A DNA stretch of 64,000 nt from positions 9,300,001 through 9,364,000 of the forward strand of contig CM102285.1 in the NCBI GenBank assembly GCA_046563655.1, in the 5' to 3' direction. The DNA comes from Yuukianura sp. NJ FZ-2021. Lineage: Eukaryota. The position numbers and the translations under genes are program-made. The number at the start of each line of letters is the position of its first letter. Position 1 is the first letter of the stretch. Positions 12,226-23,600 of the stretch are shown here, one piece after another. A model generated the notes under the pieces. The model did no database searches. It was not told where the DNA came from and saw only the letters and a list, made by a program, of their open reading frames with translations.

Positions 12226-12866
12226 CCCACAGCCACTTACCTGTGATGGTTTTAAACGTAACTTAACACTACTGGTTTCATCTCTGAAATTCAACCTGTG
12301 GGATGAGAATTCTCTCCTGGGAGGATTGGGGAGTGTTGTTGCCGGTCTCTTTCAGGTTTTGAGGTTGGCAGTTTTTAGTTGCTAAAGAACAGTATAGTGG
12401 TTGTAATATTTGAAATTTAGGAGGATGAAGGGGGATACGGAAACATCAAAATAGAAAAATCGGAGATTAGTCTGGTTTTTCTGATAGTAGAAGTGACACT
12501 TTGTTTTTTTCGAATGACTGGTTCCTAGTTGTAAATTAAAAAACGTTAACCTTGTCCCGTTTCTGCTGGAAATTAGACTGTGATTGTGTTTCGTGTCAGA
12601 GAAAATTAAGACTTGGTATTGTTGTGAACCTGTAGAGGATTTCAGAATTTAATTTGGATTTTAATGTAATTTGTGTGGGTTTCTACTTGAATGTGGACGT
12701 TTCGAGGTTGTAAAGAATAGGACTTTGAAAGGGAAGGTGGCATTGTCACTTGCGACTGTGATGGCAGGTCTATTGTTTGTGTGAAAAATACACTTGTGTA
12801 ACCATACCCAGAAGGGACTAAAAACTTTAGTACTTGGTGGTACCTCATGCTGCTTTTCAAGTTTTG

Positions 12867-12900
12867 TCAGTAGTCGGACGATTGGCGCAAGGAGAAGACG
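12867..12900 (+). promoter_or_regulatory. Putative Inr+DPE core promoter for alternative first exon 2
   Basis: TCAGT (A+1=12869), G at +24, and AGACG exactly at +28..+32 (12896-12900). Confidence 0.6.
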
Positions 12901-13108
12901 CGTTTAAGTGGACAATCTGCCTAGGTTTTGCAAATTCAAATTCAATCTTAAAGTGAATTCGCACTTTTCGAAACTTCGGTTGCTTTTTTGTGAATTCGGT
13001 CCCTGACTTTTCGAAACTTGGTTTGGTGTTTTCTGTGACAAGCGTGAAACGCTTTTTGACAAGGCGGTGGTGAATGGGCACAGTAGAAGTGACACGGATT
13101 CAGTGAAA

Positions 13109-13663
13109 ATGTCAATTTACCAATTCGTTCGTGGACCACGCCTGTTCATCCAAGCTACTCGAGATGCGGCGGATCCGGATAACGTGAATACTGGGGATGC
13201 GGAAGATGAAATGCTTGAATACGGAAGGGATATTGGCGGAAGTGCTAGGGAAATCCATAGAGTTCATACTGAACGCTTGTTCAATACAGAGTCACATAGT
13301 ACTGCCCATTCTTCAAATAGAATCTCACGAAAAGGAGGAGTTAAATCAATTACGAGGAAGATTATTCGTAAAACTACGACTTTGACCCGGGGTGAAGAGC
13401 GACTCAGCGCTGATGAGCTGAGAAGCGGCGGCAGTAGGTCAACGTCAACGTCTTCGAGTCACTACCTGCGAGAATCACCGAGTTATAGATATGCTTCTGT
13501 ACAAACTCTGTCGCCCCCTTGGGGGGTTGGAGAAGATGAACTTCAGACGGGCAAAACGTATGAGTCGAGGCTGGAACACCAAATAGCGTCGACGCAGAGT
13601 CTAGAGAATTTGCAGAGGTCAAATGGACATGATGTGTGGAGGTCAATGACACGAAATGGGAAG
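13109..13663 (+). CDS. shot: Alternative first coding exon 2 (185 aa), Shot C/D-type N-terminus lacking CH1
   Basis: aaaATG start; Ser/Thr/Arg-rich ORF containing TRKIIRKTTTLTRGEE. The donor aag|gtaaat is phase 0, matching the exon at 14984. Drosophila shot has CH1-less isoforms initiating at this position. Confidence 0.8.
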
Positions 13664-14983
13664 GTAAATGAGACATTTCGGTTCCAGGCTGAATTTTTTG
13701 ATACTGGCAGGGATTGATTATGCGTTTTATGTTCTGAAGTTTTGTTATCACGATGCTCCGATTTTTCGGTGGGTAGAAGTTGCTTATCTTTGGCATGAAA
13801 GAATTCCGAAAATTTTGCTTCGGGTTTTCTTGGCAAAACAAATCTATGTTTTTGAAATTTTGATTTCGTGGATTTTGTCAATTTCGAAAGTGTGTAAATT
13901 TGCGTCACCAGAGAAGGATTATGGAAGCTTGGCGGAATTAGCTTTAGATAAACTTTTTTTTGGAAACATTTGAACCGAGTGCTTCTGCTGTAGAATTTTT
14001 TGAAGGCATAATCTGAACAATGGCTGCTCGAAGTGTATTCTTGCGCAGTATTCTTATGTAGTAACATTAACTTTATACTTTGGAAAATTGACTTTAAAAT
14101 GAGATGATAATTTGTTTCCGAATATTAATTCTGGTCTTTGTATCTTTGAAACCATCTTCCCATGAGACTCAACTTTGTTTGTCCCACGCCAAAATGCTAA
14201 ACTTATGGGTATTTTGGCGGTTATTGCTTTTTGTTACGTCTTTTTGCTGTTTTGGAATGCAATTAAATTAGCTGTGGAACACAATTAACTAAAAAAAATA
14301 GGGGATGTTTTTCAGTTTCAGTTTTACTTCCTAGTTCGGAGTGGTGGATGGATGGTACCTATAAGATTAGGGTTTGGATTTGTATTCGTAAGGTTGGTTC
14401 TTTGTGATCTTCATTAAAAATTAAGCTGAACCTGAAGTCTGAAAGTACATTTAGTCACGGTGGAGAGCAGAGTAATGACAGTAATGAAAAAGTTTACAAT
14501 TGCCATGCCCAGTTCCTGCGGCCTTCGTCGTATTCAATCAGGATATTTGTCATTTTGGCAATTCCATGTTTTTTTGTTGGTTGCGGAGAGATGCACTATG
14601 TTTGCTCGGAGTGATCTCAGCATACCTGCGGAAACATAAGTCATTTTTTTTTTACCAAACTGTATCAAATAGATGGGATTTTAAAAAAAAATCACTTTGT
14701 AATATTGAAAAAGAAAGCCAAACTTTGGTTTTCTGCACTGCTTTAAAGCTAAATGAAGAAATGTCGTATTTTAGACTGCGTGGGCTAATGCTTTAAAAAG
14801 TTGCCAAAAGGAGTTGGGGAATTTCATGTTCTAAAAAACGCCGTAAATTAAGATTTGATTTGTGTGGACTATCTAAACATTAGCAGCGAAAGCGATTGAT
14901 GGGTAGCAAAATCACCGAGTATTTACTTAATGTGTTTTTAATTTGATGCAAATAATTAATGATTGTATTGTTGATTTGTACAG

Positions 14984-15082
14984 ATTTCCGACATAGTGGT
15001 GGGAATGGAAGAGAATGTTTCTGCCAAAGACGTATTACTAAAATGGGCTCAAAGATCAACTGCCAAATACCCCGGCGTTCGT
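14984..15082 (+). CDS. shot: Spectraplakin CH2 exon: ISDIVVGMEENVSAKDVLLKWAQRSTAKYPGVR
   Basis: gtacag|...cgt|gtaagt; 99 nt. Confidence 0.96.
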
Positions 15083-15167
15083 GTAAGTTGAAACTAGCTT
15101 TGATTGAAATTGGAAATTTTGATGAGTTTGAAAAACGAAAATTTAACACTGGTTTTTTTGGACTTAG

Positions 15168-15232
15168 GTTGGTGACTTTACAAATTCTTGGAGAGATGGA
15201 CTTGCCTTCAATGCCATAATTCATCGAAATAG
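15168..15232 (+). CDS. shot: Spectraplakin CH2 exon: VGDFTNSWRDGLAFNAIIHRN(R)
   Basis: acttag|...ag|gtacgg; SWRDGLAF CH2 signature. Confidence 0.96.
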
Positions 15233-15366
15233 GTACGGAGTCCGTGAGCAGTTGATTGGCTCATGCCTCTGCGTGTCTTGTTTCTCTTGTGCCTGATTTA
15301 TTGGAGTGGCTCTCTAGCAATTTGGTTCTTTAAATCCTAATTGTGTTTTGTCTTTGGCTTTTGCAG

Positions 15367-15482
15367 ACCGGATTTAATTGATTGGCGTACCGTGCAACGT
15401 CGATCCCCAAGGGAAAGACTCGAAACTGCCTTCTTAACAGCGGAACGAGAGTGCGGAGTTACAAGACTCTTGGATCCTGAAG
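15367..15482 (+). CDS. shot: Spectraplakin CH2 exon: PDLIDWRTVQRRSPRERLETAFLTAERECGVTRLLDPE(D)
   Basis: ttgcag|...gaag|gtaagc; phase 2/1, continues the frame. Confidence 0.96.
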
Positions 15483-17534
15483 GTAAGCTTTTTTCAAAAG
15501 GCAAAAGACAGGCAGCTACGCTTACTAGTTCGATCGAAATGAAGTAATTTGTTAAGCAAACGTATTATTAAGAGCCATTATCACATCGTATCAGACTACT
15601 GACAGGGATTGATGTGCGAGTTGTAAAGGAATCAGAACTTGTAGATCGATCAGCTCTTACTAGGCTCTTATTGGTTTTCAGCAGTTTGACGGGCGGACGA
15701 AATGGATTTTTATTTGCTCTGATAAGTTTTTTCTAACATAATTTGGGTTTTACGGGGGGAAAATTAGTAACGTTGTTTTCAGGATTTAAGTGGAATTGGG
15801 TTAGCCTAAAGTCTTTTGTACTCAATTGATTTCTTGATTTCGGATTTACAGTTGAAGCATTTCATTGACACTTTAAAAGATGTTTGACAGGATTAAATTT
15901 TGAGGGAATTCAAGCAAAACGTGTTGTTTTTGGAAATTGCATAACGTGTTATGCTCAAAGTAGTCTCGGATGAACTCATGCGAGTGACATTGAAAAACGG
16001 TTGTGCAAGAAAATTACAACTTTTGGCAAGGTTAGTTTTTTGTGTGCTGAAGTTTGGTTCATTTGCACTGTCCCACTCTAGGTTAATGTAGGTAAATGGT
16101 CAACATTTATTTTGCGTAAACATCCGTCGTATTCTGAAGGTAGTAGTGAAGTGATGCAATTTGTGGAAGTGGGCGTAGTAAGTGAAATACGAATGAGAAA
16201 AATGAGATGAGATTTCCAGTTTTTGTTGTAAAGTTAATTTAGTGCTATTTTTTTTCTTAATTATTTTGACAATGATGGAAATTTTCGTTGGCAGGTCTAA
16301 GGTCTCTCTGTCACTCTAATTTATAATTGTCTACCTCCTGCGGGATAAGATTTGGCAAATGGTGTGTTTTTCATTTTTCACTTTTTTGTAAAGTGAAGAA
16401 TTATGAGAATTTTTTGCCAGATGTAATTTAGTACACCTTTGTGTCATTTTTTCCATTCCGTCGAAAAATGTATTGCACGAGAGTGGTAATGCTGTAATTA
16501 AGGTTTTCCTTGTTTTGAGTAAATAATGTGAGTTTTTTCTTAATTAAGATTGAAGGATACTCATAGTAGTATAGAGAAAATGAAAATTGGAGCTGAAAAA
16601 ATGAAAATGAAAAATTATCGGAACTCAATTTACAATGGGCGTTTAAATTGTTAGATTTTTTTAAATTAATTTTCCAGATAATTTCGCTTCATTTTTTTTA
16701 AATCTGGTGCTCAAAATGTAAGTCGTGGATGAAATTCATTCATCAGCAGGCTTCCGTTTCTATTTGTTTTGTCAACATTTGTGGGGACATGCTGTCTGGT
16801 GTCTATGATGTATTTTTATCACGGATCGACTCGAGTATTGTGGTGATGTGATAAGTTTATACTTAAAATTAAACTTTAGGAAAAACTAACTTAAGTTGTA
16901 CTTTTTTCTTGATTATTAAGTGATGGCCAGCTTGTGCTGTTTTGTTGATTAAGTGCTGCCTAACGTGTTTACTTCATTGCCTATGGACGTGCTGTAGGAC
17001 TAACTTTTTAATTATGACTCCATGATTCGCATTTAATTTTTGTAAAAATTTGTGTCAGTTGTTGCTTCATCGTAAATAACTCCGTAAATGGAAGTCATTT
17101 TGATCTACGCAAGATTTTGAAACTACTTCAAGCTGCTTTAGAAGCAATCGTCGAAAGTTTTTGCTTGTCATTTTGCTAGCGTCTTAACGTTAGGGTCTTT
17201 AGATGTTTACGTAATTTTCTAAATTGTACTTGTTGAGGCATGCATGCTCGATTGATTGATTGGTATTGTTGTGCTACCGATGTAGTCAAGCATGGGACGA
17301 TTTGCTATGCAGAAGTCAGCGAGACTATACTTTGTGTACATAATTTGCAGAGTTGAAGCTATTAACCTAAGATCAAATCGCTTAAAGTCAACTGTGTACA
17401 ATCCTTCTGACCAAAGATGGAAGTGGATTTAATGGTGTTAGGGGAATCGGCAAAAACTGAAGTTATTTTGATGAGGTCTTTCATCTTTTGGCGGACTTTT
17501 TAAGAGGGAAGAGGCTCGTTAAGACTTAATTCTT

Positions 17535-17634
17535 NNNNNNNNNNNNNNNNNNNNNNNNNNNNNNNNNNNNNNNNNNNNNNNNNNNNNNNNNNNNNNNNNN
17601 NNNNNNNNNNNNNNNNNNNNNNNNNNNNNNNNNN
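17535..17634. other. Assembly gap (100 N; true size unknown)
   Basis: Run of exactly 100 N directly abutting the satellite. Confidence 0.99.
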
Positions 17635-20600
17635 GTTATTTTCCAATGGAAAAGTTATTTTCCAATGGAAAAGTTATTTTCCAATGGAAAAGTTATTTTC
17701 CAATGGAAAAGTTATTTTCCAATGGAAAAGTTATTTTCCAATGGAAAAGTTATTTTCCAATGGAAAAGTTATTTTCCAATGGAAAAGTTATTTTCCAATG
17801 GAAAAGTTATTTTCCAATGGAAAAGTTATTTTCCAATGGAAAAGTTATTTTCCAATGGAAAAGTTATTTTCCAATGGAAAAGTTATTTTCCAATGGAAAA
17901 GTTATTTTCCAATGGAAAAGTTATTTTCCAATGGAAAAGTTATTTTCCAATGGAAAAGTTATTTTCCAATGGAAAAGTTATTTTCCAATGGAAAAGTTAT
18001 TTTCCAATGGAAAAGTTATTTTCCAATGGAAAAGTTATTTTCCAATGGAAAAGTTATTTTCCAATGGAAAAGTTATTTTCCAATGGAAAAGTTATTTTCC
18101 AATGGAAAAGTTATTTTCCAATGGAAAAGTTATTTTCCAATGGAAAAGTTATTTTCCAATGGAAAAGTTATTTTCCAATGGAAAAGTTATTTTCCAATGG
18201 AAAAGTTATTTTCCAATGGAAAAGTTATTTTCCAATGGAAAAGTTATTTTCCAATGGAAAAGTTATTTTCCAATGGAAAAGTTATTTTCCAATGGAAAAG
18301 TTATTTTCCAATGGAAAAGTTATTTTCCAATGGAAAAGTTATTTTCCAATGGAAAAGTTATTTTCCAATGGAAAAGTTATTTTCCAATGGAAAAGTTATT
18401 TTCCAATGGAAAAGTTATTTTCCAATGGAAAAGTTATTTTCCAATGGAAAAGTTATTTTCCAATGGAAAAGTTATTTTCCAATGGAAAAGTTATTTTCCA
18501 ATGGAAAAGTTATTTTCCAATGGAAAAGTTATTTTCCAATGGAAAAGTTATTTTCCAATGGAAAAGTTATTTTCCAATGGAAAAGTTATTTTCCAATGGA
18601 AAAGTTATTTTCCAATGGAAAAGTTATTTTCCAATGGAAAAGTTATTTTCCAATGGAAAAGTTATTTTCCAATGGAAAAGTTATTTTCCAATGGAAAAGT
18701 TATTTTCCAATGGAAAAGTTATTTTCCAATGGAAAAGTTATTTTCCAATGGAAAAGTTATTTTCCAATGGAAAAGTTATTTTCCAATGGAAAAGTTATTT
18801 TCCAATGGAAAAGTTATTTTCCAATGGAAAAGTTATTTTCCAATGGAAAAGTTATTTTCCAATGGAAAAGTTATTTTCCAATGGAAAAGTTATTTTCCAA
18901 TGGAAAAGTTATTTTCCAATGGAAAAGTTATTTTCCAATGGAAAAGTTATTTTCCAATGGAAAAGTTATTTTCCAATGGAAAAGTTATTTTCCAATGGAA
19001 AAGTTATTTTCCAATGGAAAAGTTATTTTCCAATGGAAAAGTTATTTTCCAATGGAAAAGTTATTTTCCAATGGAAAAGTTATTTTCCAATGGAAAAGTT
19101 ATTTTCCAATGGAAAAGTTATTTTCCAATGGAAAAGTTATTTTCCAATGGAAAAGTTATTTTCCAATGGAAAAGTTATTTTCCAATGGAAAAGTTATTTT
19201 CCAATGGAAAAGTTATTTTCCAATGGAAAAGTTATTTTCCAATGGAAAAGTTATTTTCCAATGGAAAAGTTATTTTCCAATGGAAAAGTTATTTTCCAAT
19301 GGAAAAGTTATTTTCCAATGGAAAAGTTATTTTCCAATGGAAAAGTTATTTTCCAATGGAAAAGTTATTTTCCAATGGAAAAGTTATTTTCCAATGGAAA
19401 AGTTATTTTCCAATGGAAAAGTTATTTTCCAATGGAAAAGTTATTTTCCAATGGAAAAGTTATTTTCCAATGGAAAAGTTATTTTCCAATGGAAAAGTTA
19501 TTTTCCAATGGAAAAGTTATTTTCCAATGGAAAAGTTATTTTCCAATGGAAAAGTTATTTTCCAATGGAAAAGTTATTTTCCAATGGAAAAGTTATTTTC
19601 CAATGGAAAAGTTATTTTCCAATGGAAAAGTTATTTTCCAATGGAAAAGTTATTTTCCAATGGAAAAGTTATTTTCCAATGGAAAAGTTATTTTCCAATG
19701 GAAAAGTTATTTTCCAATGGAAAAGTTATTTTCCAATGGAAAAGTTATTTTCCAATGGAAAAGTTATTTTCCAATGGAAAAGTTATTTTCCAATGGAAAA
19801 GTTATTTTCCAATGGAAAAGTTATTTTCCAATGGAAAAGTTATTTTCCAATGGAAAAGTTATTTTCCAATGGAAAAGTTATTTTCCAATGGAAAAGTTAT
19901 TTTCCAATGGAAAAGTTATTTTCCAATGGAAAAGTTATTTTCCAATGGAAAAGTTATTTTCCAATGGAAAAGTTATTTTCCAATGGAAAAGTTATTTTCC
20001 AATGGAAAAGTTATTTTCCAATGGAAAAGTTATTTTCCAATGGAAAAGTTATTTTCCAATGGAAAAGTTATTTTCCAATGGAAAAGTTATTTTCCAATGG
20101 AAAAGTTATTTTCCAATGGAAAAGTTATTTTCCAATGGAAAAGTTATTTTCCAATGGAAAAGTTATTTTCCAATGGAAAAGTTATTTTCCAATGGAAAAG
20201 TTATTTTCCAATGGAAAAGTTATTTTCCAATGGAAAAGTTATTTTCCAATGGAAAAGTTATTTTCCAATGGAAAAGTTATTTTCCAATGGAAAAGTTATT
20301 TTCCAATGGAAAAGTTATTTTCCAATGGAAAAGTTATTTTCCAATGGAAAAGTTATTTTCCAATGGAAAAGTTATTTTCCAATGGAAAAGTTATTTTCCA
20401 ATGGAAAAGTTATTTTCCAATGGAAAAGTTATTTTCCAATGGAAAAGTTATTTTCCAATGGAAAAGTTATTTTCCAATGGAAAAGTTATTTTCCAATGGA
20501 AAAGTTATTTTCCAATGGAAAAGTTATTTTCCAATGGAAAAGTTATTTTCCAATGGAAAAGTTATTTTCCAATGGAAAAGTTATTTTCCAATGGAAAAGT

Positions 20601-23600
20601 TATTTTCCAATGGAAAAGTTATTTTCCAATGGAAAAGTTATTTTCCAATGGAAAAGTTATTTTCCAATGGAAAAGTTATTTTCCAATGGAAAAGTTATTT
20701 TCCAATGGAAAAGTTATTTTCCAATGGAAAAGTTATTTTCCAATGGAAAAGTTATTTTCCAATGGAAAAGTTATTTTCCAATGGAAAAGTTATTTTCCAA
20801 TGGAAAAGTTATTTTCCAATGGAAAAGTTATTTTCCAATGGAAAAGTTATTTTCCAATGGAAAAGTTATTTTCCAATGGAAAAGTTATTTTCCAATGGAA
20901 AAGTTATTTTCCAATGGAAAAGTTATTTTCCAATGGAAAAGTTATTTTCCAATGGAAAAGTTATTTTCCAATGGAAAAGTTATTTTCCAATGGAAAAGTT
21001 ATTTTCCAATGGAAAAGTTATTTTCCAATGGAAAAGTTATTTTCCAATGGAAAAGTTATTTTCCAATGGAAAAGTTATTTTCCAATGGAAAAGTTATTTT
21101 CCAATGGAAAAGTTATTTTCCAATGGAAAAGTTATTTTCCAATGGAAAAGTTATTTTCCAATGGAAAAGTTATTTTCCAATGGAAAAGTTATTTTCCAAT
21201 GGAAAAGTTATTTTCCAATGGAAAAGTTATTTTCCAATGGAAAAGTTATTTTCCAATGGAAAAGTTATTTTCCAATGGAAAAGTTATTTTCCAATGGAAA
21301 AGTTATTTTCCAATGGAAAAGTTATTTTCCAATGGAAAAGTTATTTTCCAATGGAAAAGTTATTTTCCAATGGAAAAGTTATTTTCCAATGGAAAAGTTA
21401 TTTTCCAATGGAAAAGTTATTTTCCAATGGAAAAGTTATTTTCCAATGGAAAAGTTATTTTCCAATGGAAAAGTTATTTTCCAATGGAAAAGTTATTTTC
21501 CAATGGAAAAGTTATTTTCCAATGGAAAAGTTATTTTCCAATGGAAAAGTTATTTTCCAATGGAAAAGTTATTTTCCAATGGAAAAGTTATTTTCCAATG
21601 GAAAAGTTATTTTCCAATGGAAAAGTTATTTTCCAATGGAAAAGTTATTTTCCAATGGAAAAGTTATTTTCCAATGGAAAAGTTATTTTCCAATGGAAAA
21701 GTTATTTTCCAATGGAAAAGTTATTTTCCAATGGAAAAGTTATTTTCCAATGGAAAAGTTATTTTCCAATGGAAAAGTTATTTTCCAATGGAAAAGTTAT
21801 TTTCCAATGGAAAAGTTATTTTCCAATGGAAAAGTTATTTTCCAATGGAAAAGTTATTTTCCAATGGAAAAGTTATTTTCCAATGGAAAAGTTATTTTCC
21901 AATGGAAAAGTTATTTTCCAATGGAAAAGTTATTTTCCAATGGAAAAGTTATTTTCCAATGGAAAAGTTATTTTCCAATGGAAAAGTTATTTTCCAATGG
22001 AAAAGTTATTTTCCAATGGAAAAGTTATTTTCCAATGGAAAAGTTATTTTCCAATGGAAAAGTTATTTTCCAATGGAAAAGTTATTTTCCAATGGAAAAG
22101 TTATTTTCCAATGGAAAAGTTATTTTCCAATGGAAAAGTTATTTTCCAATGGAAAAGTTATTTTCCAATGGAAAAGTTATTTTCCAATGGAAAAGTTATT
22201 TTCCAATGGAAAAGTTATTTTCCAATGGAAAAGTTATTTTCCAATGGAAAAGTTATTTTCCAATGGAAAAGTTATTTTCCAATGGAAAAGTTATTTTCCA
22301 ATGGAAAAGTTATTTTCCAATGGAAAAGTTATTTTCCAATGGAAAAGTTATTTTCCAATGGAAAAGTTATTTTCCAATGGAAAAGTTATTTTCCAATGGA
22401 AAAGTTATTTTCCAATGGAAAAGTTATTTTCCAATGGAAAAGTTATTTTCCAATGGAAAAGTTATTTTCCAATGGAAAAGTTATTTTCCAATGGAAAAGT
22501 TATTTTCCAATGGAAAAGTTATTTTCCAATGGAAAAGTTATTTTCCAATGGAAAAGTTATTTTCCAATGGAAAAGTTATTTTCCAATGGAAAAGTTATTT
22601 TCCAATGGAAAAGTTATTTTCCAATGGAAAAGTTATTTTCCAATGGAAAAGTTATTTTCCAATGGAAAAGTTATTTTCCAATGGAAAAGTTATTTTCCAA
22701 TGGAAAAGTTATTTTCCAATGGAAAAGTTATTTTCCAATGGAAAAGTTATTTTCCAATGGAAAAGTTATTTTCCAATGGAAAAGTTATTTTCCAATGGAA
22801 AAGTTATTTTCCAATGGAAAAGTTATTTTCCAATGGAAAAGTTATTTTCCAATGGAAAAGTTATTTTCCAATGGAAAAGTTATTTTCCAATGGAAAAGTT
22901 ATTTTCCAATGGAAAAGTTATTTTCCAATGGAAAAGTTATTTTCCAATGGAAAAGTTATTTTCCAATGGAAAAGTTATTTTCCAATGGAAAAGTTATTTT
23001 CCAATGGAAAAGTTATTTTCCAATGGAAAAGTTATTTTCCAATGGAAAAGTTATTTTCCAATGGAAAAGTTATTTTCCAATGGAAAATTTATTTTCCAAT
23101 GGAAAAGTTATTTTCCAATGGAAAAGTTATTTTCCAATGGAAAAGTTATTTTCCAATGGAAAAGTTATTTTCCAATGGAAAAGTTATTTTCCAATGGAAA
23201 AGTTATTTTCCAATGGAAAAGTTATTTTCCAATGGAAAAGTTATTTTCCAATGGAAAAGTTATTTTCCAATGGAAAAGTTATTTTCCAATGGAAAAGTTA
23301 TTTTCCAATGGAAAAGTTATTTTCCAATGGAAAAGTTATTTTCCAATGGAAAAGTTATTTTCCAATGGAAAAGTTATTTTCCAATGGAAAAGTTATTTTC
23401 CAATGGAAAAGTTATTTTCCAATGGAAAAGTTATTTTCCAATGGAAAAGTTATTTTCCAATGGAAAAGTTATTTTCCAATGGAAAAGTTATTTTCCAATG
23501 GAAAAGTTATTTTCCAATGGAAAAGTTATTTTCCAATGGAAAAGTTATTTTCCAATGGAAAAGTTATTTTCCAATGGAAAAGTTATTTTCCAATGGAAAA

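Noticed and set aside
11296..12385. Cluster of Cys/Ala/Gln-rich ORFs on both strands
   Set aside because: These are translations of the TGCAGG subterminal repeats of the hAT MITE.
16391..16430. tttttgccag followed by ATGT, as the expected next CH2 exon (DVD...)
   Set aside because: It reads D-V-I-stop and lacks PDEKS.
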